NCBI GenBank assembly: GCA_041741755.1
Contig: JBGSJR010000007.1
Location: 89,954-113,953, forward strand
Reading direction: 5' to 3'
From: Acidaminobacteraceae bacterium
Lineage (GTDB): Bacteria; Bacillota; Clostridia; Peptostreptococcales; Acidaminobacteraceae
Length of the DNA: 24,000 nt
Position numbers and translations under genes: made by a program
Notes under the pieces: model-generated
What the model was told of the DNA's origin: nothing
The model's database searches: none
Seen by the model: only the letters and a program-made list of their open reading frames with translations
Shown here: piece after piece, positions 8,542 through 16,328 of the stretch
Numbering within the stretch: position 1 is the first letter of the stretch
How the letters are laid out: the number at the start of each line of letters is the position of its first letter

Positions 8542-9609
8542 ATGGTTGTAAAACTAATTGAGTCATTAACGAACGCATTTGGTCCATCTGGTTTTGAAGA
8601 AGATGTTGTCAGCGCATTAAAAGACTATATCGACAATCTAGATATGACCGTAGATAAGATGAACAACGTCTATTTATCTCTAAAATCCAACACTGGCAAT
8701 AGGCCCGTCATCATGCTCGATGCACACCTAGATGAAGTCGGTTTCATGGTTCAAAGTATTCAAGCGAACGGTCTTATACGCATTGCAACTTTAGGTGGTT
8801 GGGTCAATACAAATATCCCTGCACATACTGTGTTAATAAAAACCCAAATGGGTACTTATGTCAAAGGAATCGTCGCCTCAAAGCCCCCGCATTTCATGAC
8901 CGACCAAGAAAAAGCAGCACCTATTGAAATTGAGAATCTCTTAATTGACCTCGGCGTCACTTGCCGCGATGATGTCTATTCCCAATTCGGTGTTCAAGTG
9001 GGTGATCCAGTAGCACCAGATGTGACTTTTGAATACAATGAAAAAACTGGTATACTTTTTGGCAAAGCTTTCGACAACCGTATTGGTTGTGCTAGTGTCG
9101 TTGAAACTATGCGACGCCTTAACAACATTGAAGGTTTGCCATTTGATGTTATAGGTGCACTTGCCAGTCAAGAAGAGGTTGGTACACGTGGTGCCTATGT
9201 AACAAGCCAAGTTGTTCAGCCTGATTTTGCCATCGTCTTTGAGGGGTCACCCGCTGATGATCTATATTTTGATACTTATACTGCTCAATGCGTCTTAAAA
9301 GGCGGCGTACAAATCAGGCATATGGATTCAAGTTATGTCAGCCATCGTCGTTTTATCGATTTTGCAAAATCCATTGCCCTTGCTAAAGGGATTAAAGTTC
9401 AGTCTGCTGTGCGCCGCAAAGGTGGCACAAATGCCGGTAGAATTCATACGCAAGGCAAAGCAGTACCCGTATTAGTGCTCGGCGTCCCTTCACGCTATGT
9501 GCATACACATTACAACTACAGCGCTTTAGATGACGTCGAATCCGCAGTTTCACTTGCGATTGAAGTGATTAGAAAGTTAAAGCATGATAGCTTAGACCTA
9601 CAGTATTAA
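8542..9609 (+). CDS. M42 family metallopeptidase (glutamyl aminopeptidase / FrvX-YsdC type)
   Basis: LTNAFGPSGFEEDV, MLDAHLDEVGFMV, FDNRIGC, QEEVGTRGA and HTHY are characteristic M42 metal-ligand regions. I moved the start to the ATG at 8542, which has GGAGGA 5 nt upstream. Confidence 0.88.
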   Translation: MVVKLIESLTNAFGPSGFEEDVVSALKDYIDNLDMTVDKMNNVYLSLKSNTGNRPVIMLDAHLDEVGFMVQSIQANGLIRIATLGGWVNTNIPAHTVLIKTQMGTYVKGIVASKPPHFMTDQEKAAPIEIENLLIDLGVTCRDDVYSQFGVQVGDPVAPDVTFEYNEKTGILFGKAFDNRIGCASVVETMRRLNNIEGLPFDVIGALASQEEVGTRGAYVTSQVVQPDFAIVFEGSPADDLYFDTYTAQCVLKGGVQIRHMDSSYVSHRRFIDFAKSIALAKGIKVQSAVRRKGGTNAGRIHTQGKAVPVLVLGVPSRYVHTHYNYSALDDVESAVSLAIEVIRKLKHDSLDLQY

Positions 9610-9646
9610 CGCAACTATCTGGAGATTAATTTAGAAATCAGTCGAT

Positions 9647-10723
9647 TCAGTGTGAATGTCTGTGATGAAGATCAGGCATGTGTTTATGAACGTGCTCTAC
9701 ACCTTCATGGACGTGTTCGTGACTGTGTTCTTGACTGTGTTCTCCAATTGTTTCAGATTCGTGTGTATGGCCATGATGACTGTCATCATGGCTATGTTTA
9801 TGTTCATGATGTGTACTTTCGTGCACATGTTTGTGTGCATGATCTTCAGAAACGGCAAAATAGGTGCCAACCAACATGATACCGAGAGACACTAAGAATG
9901 TATTTGAAATGCTTTCTTTGAGTACAATCCACGAAATAATCACGCCTATAAATGGCGCGGCAGCATAATAGGCACTTGTTCGCGCAGCACCTAAAGCCCT
10001 TTGTGCTCTAATATAAAAATAAATGCTGAGACCATAAGCGACAAATCCAAGCAAAAGTGCAATGCCCACATACATTAGACTACCCTTTATATCTTGTCTA
10101 TACCAAGTGATCAACAAAGCCCCTAGGCCAGATCCAAACCCTTTTACAACGACTATTTGAAGGGGATCCTTTAAAGATAACATGCGCGTGCAGTTGTTTT
10201 CAAAGCCCCAACAGATACATGCCAGGACCACAAACAGTGAACCCGCTGAAAATGATAGGCTGCTTAAGTCATCAACTGAGAGAATCATACTCGATAGTGT
10301 TATAAGAACTATTGCAACCCACATGCGTTTCCCGACTGCTTCCTTGAAAATAAACAAAGCTATCATGGATGTCGCTACGATCTCAAAATTGTTTAAGAGC
10401 GATGCGGTCGATGATGTTGTCATCGTAAGCCCTAACATTAAAAAGATCGGTGCTGCAATATCCAGTAAAATCATACCGACCACATAAGGGAGCTCTTGTA
10501 TCGTCATACGGGCTTCGAGCCGTTCTTTCTTAAGGAGAATCTTAACGGCATTGACCATGAGCATACCAAAACCTGCGCCTAAATAGAGCAATGCTGCCAT
10601 AAGTGTAGGCGAAAGTTCAACGAGCAACAATTTTGAAACAGGTGCACTGATACCATATAAAGAGGCCGCAAGAATAGCAAGGCCAATTGAATTGAGTTTT
10701 TTAGTTTCTAATTTTGATACCAT
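9647..10723 (-). CDS. DMT superfamily (EamA-type, 10-TM) transporter with 67-aa histidine-rich C-terminal tail
   Basis: Two EamA-like halves of hydrophobic helices. The tail (nt 9650-9850) contains 25 His among 67 residues, in HxH/HxxxH arrays. I moved the start to the ATG at 10723 (MVSKLE), which has GGAGG 5 nt upstream. Confidence 0.8.
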   Translation of the reverse strand: MVSKLETKKLNSIGLAILAASLYGISAPVSKLLLVELSPTLMAALLYLGAGFGMLMVNAVKILLKKERLEARMTIQELPYVVGMILLDIAAPIFLMLGLTMTTSSTASLLNNFEIVATSMIALFIFKEAVGKRMWVAIVLITLSSMILSVDDLSSLSFSAGSLFVVLACICWGFENNCTRMLSLKDPLQIVVVKGFGSGLGALLITWYRQDIKGSLMYVGIALLLGFVAYGLSIYFYIRAQRALGAARTSAYYAAAPFIGVIISWIVLKESISNTFLVSLGIMLVGTYFAVSEDHAHKHVHESTHHEHKHSHDDSHHGHTHESETIGEHSQEHSHEHVHEGVEHVHKHMPDLHHRHSH

Positions 10724-10748
10724 TTTTACCTCCACTAGCTGTCTTTAT

Positions 10749-10777
10749 ATCGTAATATACAAGCATTACTTTGTCAA
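10749..10777 (-). promoter_or_regulatory. Candidate sigma-A promoter of the EamA-type transporter gene
   Basis: On the minus strand: TTGACA (10777-10772), 17-nt spacer, TACGAT (10754-10749). Confidence 0.5.
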
Positions 10778-10817
10778 AAAAAGACATCACTTTGACGTCT
10801 TTTAATAGTTATCTCAC

Positions 10818-12152
10818 TTATTCTACATCGAGTTCAGCTTGTTTAACGGTTATTTTAACTTTTTCAATCCGTTTATCTTTTACTTCTTTTATATCAAAGA
10901 TCAAGTGATCATATTCAATGATTTGTACTTCGTCTTCCTGAGGAATGTGACCAAGTAAACCCGTTAAAAAACCACCTAAAGTATCATAATCGTCATAGAC
11001 TTCCTCTAATGACACGTTGAAAAGCGCCTCTAAATCACCAATTGGTAAAATCCCTTTAGCATAGTAGTTGAGTGAATCGATCTTTTGAAGAATCGGATCA
11101 TCTTCGTCATATTCATCGTCGATATCCCCCATGACTTCTTCTATCAAATCCTCTATTGTTACGATACCGGAAAATCCGCCGTATTCATCGACAAGTATTG
11201 CTATATGTTTTTTCTTACCTTGAAGCTCTTTAAAGAGTTCATCGATATTTTTACGTTCAGGTACGAAATAAGGTGTGTGAATGATTTTTCTGATATCCAC
11301 ATTTTCAAAACCCTTTTTTCGAGCTTCCGCCATAAAATCTTTCATGTATAGTATGCCGATGATATTATCAGAGTTTCCCTCATAGACTGGGATTCTTGAA
11401 TATCGCTCTTCAATCAACTGGTCTATATAGTCTTCAAGAGGCTTGTTGATATCTATCACATAGACATTTGTACGTGGTGTCATAACCTCAACAGCGAGCT
11501 TATCGTCAAATTCAAAGATGCTATTGATCATGGCTTTTTCTGTTTCGTTGATAGAACCGTGTTCTTGACCTGCTTCAACCATGCTCCTTATCTCTTCTCT
11601 TGAGATAAAATCCTCTTCACTTTTTGATAGTCTAAAAAGTCTTGATAACAGATTGGTTGAGCCAGATAGGATCCACACGAAAGGTGCTGTCAATTTTGAG
11701 ATGAACAATATAGGTTTCACACTACTCATAGCTATTTTTTCAGCTTTTCTAAGTGCAACTCGCTTTGGGAAAAGCTCTCCAAATACCAAAGTAAAATAAG
11801 AAAGTGTCAAAGTGATGAGCACCAATGCTATTTCTCTGCTATAAGGTATGTCGAATTTACTTAAAAACAAACCTAAGTCGTCTGACAAACCAGTTGCTGC
11901 CATAGCACTGGAGAAAAATCCTGCCAATGTGATACCAACTTGAATCGTTGATAGAAACTTCGTCGGTTCTTCTAAAAGTGTTTCTACGAGCTTTGCTCTC
12001 TTATTGCCATCTTCAGCTAGTAATTTAATACGCGTTTTATTGACAGATGCTACAGCCATCTCAGCCGAAGAGAAAAATGCGTTAACGAATGTCAATGCTG
12101 CTATAAATATCAATTGCGAAATAATATTCGCAGGTCCAGGGTCCGATTCCAT
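10818..12152 (-). CDS. CNNM/HlyC-CorC family transporter (DUF21 membrane domain + CBS pair + CorC_HlyC domain)
   Basis: The N-terminal DUF21 pattern is present (NAFFSSAEMAV...GELFPKR). A CBS pair and a C-terminal transporter-associated domain follow. I moved the start to the ATG at 12152 (MESDPGP), which has GAGGAGG 9 nt upstream. Confidence 0.88.
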   Translation of the reverse strand: MESDPGPANIISQLIFIAALTFVNAFFSSAEMAVASVNKTRIKLLAEDGNKRAKLVETLLEEPTKFLSTIQVGITLAGFFSSAMAATGLSDDLGLFLSKFDIPYSREIALVLITLTLSYFTLVFGELFPKRVALRKAEKIAMSSVKPILFISKLTAPFVWILSGSTNLLSRLFRLSKSEEDFISREEIRSMVEAGQEHGSINETEKAMINSIFEFDDKLAVEVMTPRTNVYVIDINKPLEDYIDQLIEERYSRIPVYEGNSDNIIGILYMKDFMAEARKKGFENVDIRKIIHTPYFVPERKNIDELFKELQGKKKHIAILVDEYGGFSGIVTIEDLIEEVMGDIDDEYDEDDPILQKIDSLNYYAKGILPIGDLEALFNVSLEEVYDDYDTLGGFLTGLLGHIPQEDEVQIIEYDHLIFDIKEVKDKRIEKVKITVKQAELDVE

Positions 12153-12188
12153 GATCAGATGCCTCCTCAATTTCTTTATTCACTATCA

Positions 12189-12217
12189 ATATTACCACAA
12201 AATAAGGGAATCTTCAA
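12189..12217 (-). promoter_or_regulatory. Candidate sigma-A promoter of the CorC-family gene
   Basis: On the minus strand: TTGAAG (12217-12212), 17-nt spacer, TAATAT (12194-12189), preceded by a TGg extended -10 element. Confidence 0.5.
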
Positions 12218-12257
12218 ATTGTGTGTCCAGTAGCTGTATGAATCGTACAGCATTATA

Positions 12258-12295
12258 ATAAAAACACGAACTGATCGTGTTACTTTCAGTTCGTG
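12258..12295 (-). terminator. Rho-independent terminator downstream of the 51-aa sORF
   Basis: A perfect 10-bp stem: CACGAACTGA (12265-12274) pairs with TCAGTTCGTG (12286-12295). On the minus strand TTTTTATT follows. Confidence 0.8.
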
Positions 12296-12303
12296 CTTAT
12301 TTA

Positions 12304-12459
12304 TCAGACCTTGTTGTTTGCACCGCCTGGTTTTTGATTTTTTTTAGGCTTTGAGCTTACGCCTCTGCCTTTCTCTGGTCGAAAACCGCCTTGCTGCTGT
12401 TGTTCCGCTTTTTTCTTTTCTAAAAGTTTTTTCATCATTTCCATATTTTTCTCTGACAT
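12304..12459 (-). CDS. Small lysine/glutamine-rich basic protein, 51 aa (not in the ORF track)
   Basis: My hand translation is MSEKNMEMMKKLLEKKKAEQQQQGGFRPEKGRGVSSKPKKNQKPGGANNKV. The ATG at 12459 has AAAGGAGAA 6 nt upstream. The TGA stop at 12304-12306 is followed by the terminator at 12258-12295. Confidence 0.6.
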   Translation of the reverse strand: MSEKNMEMMKKLLEKKKAEQQQQGGFRPEKGRGVSSKPKKNQKPGGANNKV

Positions 12460-12484
12460 GGCTATTCTCCTTTCTAATCATCCT

Positions 12485-12503
12485 AATACTATTTTATAGT
12501 ATT
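12485..12503. promoter_or_regulatory. Perfect 8-3-8 palindrome AATACTAT-TTT-ATAGTATT upstream of the sORF
   Basis: The arms at 12485-12492 and 12496-12503 are exact reverse complements. It lies 26 nt upstream of the sORF start and 21 nt downstream of the DUF4097 gene stop. It could be an operator or a weak RNA hairpin; function unknown. Confidence 0.5.
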
Positions 12504-12523
12504 TTATGCGAAAAGAAAATGGC

Positions 12524-13477
12524 CTAGTTAGAATATTTTATAGTTGCGTCGCCTACATTCACTGTAAGGTCGATATTAAATGGACTTTTGTCACCCTCAA
12601 CCGTATATATGCTTTTTGATTTTGTAAACGGCATATCATCGATTTCAAGCTTAGAAGTAAACTCAGCCGTATCAGCATCAAGGACAATTTCATGCGATCT
12701 TGGTACAAACAAATTAATATCCCCTACATTGGTAGTCGCTACAACGTTTACCGATTCATCATAATTGCCATCAAAATCAAGACTGATGTCCCCAACTGAT
12801 GATTTCACATCTACTTCCATATCACTTTCAAATTCACCATTGATTTTGATCTCAATTTCACCTGTTGCTGTATTGGCTACTATTTGTTCAAGTGCATGCA
12901 TCTCTCCATTTAATGTGGTATGAATATCACCGACATCAGATGTGGTTTTAATATAGCTCAATTTGCTTTGATCTTGATTGCCGTTAAGGTTAATTTCACC
13001 GACATTGGTAGTCGCGTCAATTTCTAAAACAGTTATACTATCTAGGTCAATGCTGAGGTCGCCGACGTCACCATCACTATGAATCACGACTTCAATACCT
13101 TCAGGTATTAATATAGTTGTTTCACTCGTTTGTGAACCCGATATCAACTTTGGGTTTTTTTCGTTTTTAAAAGTTAGTACGATTGTGTCACCGTTCTCTT
13201 CTTTTGTTAGATCCGCCAACAGTTCAACCTTGTTGGCCTTTTGTGCATATTTAAGCGTGTCGCCATTTGTCGCTTCAATCTTTACTTCCGATACGGACAA
13301 ATCAACATTGAGTTCTAGCTTCTTATAATTTGATAAATCCTCATTGAAACTCACAGACTCATCCAACTCATTGTCTAAAAGCGAAAAGCCTTCTCCATCA
13401 TTTTTGTTCCAAAAAGTACAGGCTGAAACAGAGATGGCGACGGCGATGATGGTCATAGTCAATAGTAACTTTTTCAT
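12524..13477 (-). CDS. DUF4097 (beta-helical putative adhesin / Toastrack-type) lipoprotein
   Basis: I moved the start to the ATG at 13477 (MKKLLLTMTIIAVAISVSAC), which has AAGGAGA 6 nt upstream. There is a signal peptide with lipobox VSAC. About seven repeats of the [ST]x[DN]VG[DE]I turn motif follow (DVGDLSI, NVGEINL, DVGDIHT, SVGDISL, NVGDINL, NVGDATI). Confidence 0.75.
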   Translation of the reverse strand: MKKLLLTMTIIAVAISVSACTFWNKNDGEGFSLLDNELDESVSFNEDLSNYKKLELNVDLSVSEVKIEATNGDTLKYAQKANKVELLADLTKEENGDTIVLTFKNEKNPKLISGSQTSETTILIPEGIEVVIHSDGDVGDLSIDLDSITVLEIDATTNVGEINLNGNQDQSKLSYIKTTSDVGDIHTTLNGEMHALEQIVANTATGEIEIKINGEFESDMEVDVKSSVGDISLDFDGNYDESVNVVATTNVGDINLFVPRSHEIVLDADTAEFTSKLEIDDMPFTKSKSIYTVEGDKSPFNIDLTVNVGDATIKYSN

Positions 13478-13588
13478 ATGGTATCTCCTTAATATATGTG
13501 TTACTCTAATTATGCCTACCAATAATTAGTAATGGGTTAAAGAATCCTTAATTTTCGATATAACTTTTAATCTAAAGGGGTTAAATCT

Positions 13589-14380
13589 ATGAAAAAACGT
13601 GTAATTCTACAAAACATAATGGCATTGACCTTGCTCGTTGCCTTTTTAAGCGTTTCGACAGGTTGTTCTGCGCCTATTGATGTCTCTGAAGTTAGCACTG
13701 AAGTTAGCACTGATATTAACACAGAAGATAATTCTGGTAACAGCGTTAACGACAATCTAACGACACTTGAAGCCAATATCAAAAATTGGAAACTCGGCAA
13801 TGCTCTAATCTTGTATGCTGGAAGTAATCGCACTTACGATTGGTACATAGATCAAGCACATACTGGTGATCATTCCACGAACAACTGTGGACCAACTTCT
13901 GTCGCTATGGCCGCAAAATGGGCAGATGAAGCCTTTGAAGGTACACCCGAAAAAGCACGAGATGCTTTTCGTCCAGAAGGCGGTTGGTGGTATAGTGATG
14001 ATATTGAAGAAAGCCTAAAACTTTTCAAAGTAGATTATGACAGTATTTTGATTGAAGACATCAACACACTGAGAAGTATCATAGACTCTGGACGCATCGC
14101 CATCATCAACAATAGTATGGGTTATATCACACGTGAAGCCGATACCACTGCACATACAAACCGTTTTTATGACTTTGATAGCGGCCATTATCTGATTCTT
14201 AAAGGCTATGCACTTGTAGATCAGTACACTTATTTTGAAGTCTACGATCCAAATAACTGGGACATGACATATGAAGACGGCACACCCATGGGGAAAGATC
14301 GATATTATGAAGCCTCTGTGTTTATGGATTCCATCGAAAATTGGTACCCTTATGCCATCGTCATCAATCCTGAAAACTAA
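13589..14380 (+). CDS. Probable lipoprotein with C39-like (papain-fold) cysteine peptidase domain
   Basis: A signal peptide ends in STGC. A low-complexity linker (EVSTEVST) follows. The NNCGPTSVAMAAKW segment is a candidate catalytic Cys, and GHYLILKGY a candidate His, as in the Peptidase_C39_2 family. Confidence 0.6.
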   Translation: MKKRVILQNIMALTLLVAFLSVSTGCSAPIDVSEVSTEVSTDINTEDNSGNSVNDNLTTLEANIKNWKLGNALILYAGSNRTYDWYIDQAHTGDHSTNNCGPTSVAMAAKWADEAFEGTPEKARDAFRPEGGWWYSDDIEESLKLFKVDYDSILIEDINTLRSIIDSGRIAIINNSMGYITREADTTAHTNRFYDFDSGHYLILKGYALVDQYTYFEVYDPNNWDMTYEDGTPMGKDRYYEASVFMDSIENWYPYAIVINPEN

Positions 14381-14396
14381 TACCGCCTAGCACTGC

Positions 14397-15194
14397 TTAT
14401 AATACAAATGCAATCAATCTCAACACTTCGAAGTAATTATCTGTTTCAAATTTAAGTGTATGACTTCCTATGCGTTCTATACCAGGATAGAAAGACTTCC
14501 GAGTTGCATAAGTGTGTTCTTTATAAGTAATCTCTACTGTAAAATGTTCGGGAAGTGAGATCTTCGATGCCTTCAAATCACCTTTTAAAGCAGTCTCTGA
14601 CTGCTTTTTTATTTGTTTAAGTGACAATTTCGGGGATATATTGATCGTCGTGCCACCAAATCCTTCTTTGACTGGTACAGTCGTTATGCATGGATGCAAT
14701 ATCTGAGCTGCTTCACAAAGGTTTTTATCACCTGAAAGAAAAATGGTTGGAACACCTTCTAAAGAGGCTGCATAACTGTATATCATGAACTCACTGGCAT
14801 ACTCGCCATTAATTTTGATCGTCCATGGATTTCCTGTCATCGTATGGGATAATGGGTTTCCTACGATACCTGCTGCTGAATGGTAGCCCACAAACATTAT
14901 CGCGTCAAAAGAAGCATCGATGCCATCCACCATGGAATAAGGATGACCACTCCAACACTTGATCAGTTTCACATGCTCTGGAAGTTGTGTTATATCAATA
15001 TTGGTTGCCGAGCTATGCGCATCTTTTACCACAATTTCAGTTGCACCCGCTGCCGTTGCACCTTCTATTGCCGCAAGGACTTCTTGTGTCATTTGTTCAG
15101 CGAATCTTGCATAAAACGGACTTTTATTGTCACATTCTTCCCAGGTTGTCGTACCTGTAACACCTTCCATATCTGCACTGATAAAAACTTTCAT
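14397..15194 (-). CDS. M55 family metallopeptidase (DppA-type D-aminopeptidase)
   Basis: The N-terminus MKVFISADMEGVTG is the family hallmark. GYHSAAG and other metal-ligand regions are present. The RBS GGGGGTG overlaps the stop of the upstream gene. Confidence 0.88.
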   Translation of the reverse strand: MKVFISADMEGVTGTTTWEECDNKSPFYARFAEQMTQEVLAAIEGATAAGATEIVVKDAHSSATNIDITQLPEHVKLIKCWSGHPYSMVDGIDASFDAIMFVGYHSAAGIVGNPLSHTMTGNPWTIKINGEYASEFMIYSYAASLEGVPTIFLSGDKNLCEAAQILHPCITTVPVKEGFGGTTINISPKLSLKQIKKQSETALKGDLKASKISLPEHFTVEITYKEHTYATRKSFYPGIERIGSHTLKFETDNYFEVLRLIAFVL

Positions 15195-15206
15195 TTTGCA
15201 CCCCCA

Positions 15207-16190
15207 TCATTTTTTAAGGTTATTATCTTCGTTATCATCTTCGTTATTATTAGCTTCCTCTTGCTTTCTTATTGAATACATAAGTTCAAATAGCTTTGTA
15301 GTCGCATTTGGATAGTTATTAAAGAAACGCGACTGATTTTTCACCTTGCTAAGGAGATCTCCAAAGTGCGTCAAAGATAGGTCACTATCATCTAGCCAAG
15401 TCTTCCATTTTGAAGCCATGTCGTCCAAGAAATCTCCAAAATACTGAAAACCCTCGTATTTTCTATATTGTGCACGGGTTTTGAGCGTTTTCTTCGCTTC
15501 AGTTATTCTATAAGCAAAATTTTGTCTCTGTTCCAATATATTTTCTGTGACATTTTCTGATAGTGTCTCAAAATTATCGCCTAGCTGTTCAATCTTCAAG
15601 GTGAGTTGAGAGACCACCTCTTCAGAAGCATTGTGCAGCTTGATGACAACATTTCTAAGATTGACAAGTTCAAATACAGTTAATCCAGTATCGATGGCAA
15701 AGAGCATATATAAAAATACCAATACTGCGTTAAAATAGGGACCCTGAAGCACTTCAAAGAGCTGGATAACAGGACCATTGATGAAACGCCATAAAATAAA
15801 CCCACCCAATCCCCAGAAGATGGAAGCATCTAATGCTATACGACCTTTAATGTTGAAACGATGGTTCGAATAATTCCACCATCTCGTTTTAAATAAGACT
15901 TCCATAGCCAGAGAAGTAAAATATTCCCAAATCGTAGCAATTAAAGCAATATATGTCATCACGATCAACGTGTTGACTATAGGATGAAACTTCAGGTATG
16001 CATCAATCGCTGACATAGAAAGCATAACTGTCGTCACTGCAAAACCATATATGGGAATGATTGGTCCCCTTAAAAATCCTCTGTTGATAAACTTCTTTTC
16101 TTTAATAGAAACAAAAGGTGTTTCCCACATCCACCCAATAACGGAATAGATTAAAAACATCCATGCGATTTCAGTAAAACTATAATTCAT
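15207..16190 (-). CDS. PF06541-type polytopic membrane protein ('putative ABC-transporter type IV') with about 130-aa C-terminal extension
   Basis: The N-terminus IYSVIGWMWETPFVSI..INRGFLRGPIIPIYGF matches my recollection of PF06541. There are about six TM helices. A predicted soluble, helix-rich tail follows, ending in the acidic run EEANNNEDDNEDNN. The gene sits 12 nt upstream of the M55 gene. Confidence 0.65.
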   Translation of the reverse strand: MNYSFTEIAWMFLIYSVIGWMWETPFVSIKEKKFINRGFLRGPIIPIYGFAVTTVMLSMSAIDAYLKFHPIVNTLIVMTYIALIATIWEYFTSLAMEVLFKTRWWNYSNHRFNIKGRIALDASIFWGLGGFILWRFINGPVIQLFEVLQGPYFNAVLVFLYMLFAIDTGLTVFELVNLRNVVIKLHNASEEVVSQLTLKIEQLGDNFETLSENVTENILEQRQNFAYRITEAKKTLKTRAQYRKYEGFQYFGDFLDDMASKWKTWLDDSDLSLTHFGDLLSKVKNQSRFFNNYPNATTKLFELMYSIRKQEEANNNEDDNEDNNLKK

Positions 16191-16270
16191 AGAAGCACTC
16201 CACTATTTAGATTATGTGACAATAATTACTTGAATACACTTAAAATATATCATACTTTAATACACAAAAA

Positions 16271-16307
16271 TAATAAAAATCCTTAAATCAAAACGATTTA
16301 AGGATTT
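16271..16307 (-). terminator. Rho-independent terminator of the riboswitch-controlled operon
   Basis: Stem AAATCCTTAAATC (16277-16289) pairs with GATTTAAGGATTT (16295-16307). On the minus strand TTTTATTATTTTT follows. Confidence 0.8.
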
Positions 16308-16328
16308 CTTAATGTTTCTTTCAGTACA

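Noticed and set aside
9652-9895. Two overlapping + strand ORFs (75 and 79 aa), rich in Met/Val/Cys/His, opposite the His-rich tail
   Set aside because: They are an artefact of the reverse complement of CAT/CAC/GTG-rich coding sequence, which yields ATG/GTG/CAC and therefore many apparent starts. Neither has an RBS, and both lie entirely within the EamA-type gene.
10774-10802. Weak hairpin AAAGAC-N11-GTCTTT after the CorC-family gene
   Set aside because: The stem is only 6 bp and overlaps the T-run and the -35 box of the next promoter. It may act as a leaky terminator, but the evidence is too weak to list as a feature.
12004-12258. 84-aa + strand ORF spanning the CorC-family gene start and its promoter region
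   Set aside because: It is antisense to the CorC N-terminus and RBS, has no RBS of its own, and runs into the terminator of the sORF.
13688-13711. 12-bp tandem duplication GAAGTTAGCACT x2 in the C39-like gene, and a similar TCTTCGTTAT repeat at 15226-15247 in the acidic tail of the PF06541-type gene
   Set aside because: These are in-frame low-complexity linker or tail duplications (EVST-EVST; NEDD-NEDN). They are ordinary coding microsatellite-like variation, not separate features.
13567-13833. 88-aa minus-strand ORF across the 5' end of the C39-like lipoprotein gene
   Set aside because: It is antisense to a gene with a clear signal peptide and RBS. Its repetitive SVLTSVLTS sequence simply mirrors the EVSTEVST linker repeat.
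14880-15315. + strand ORFs 14880..15275 and 15127..15315
   Set aside because: They are antisense to the M55 peptidase and the 3' end of the PF06541-type gene. They have no RBS and a Cys/His/Phe-rich nonsense composition.
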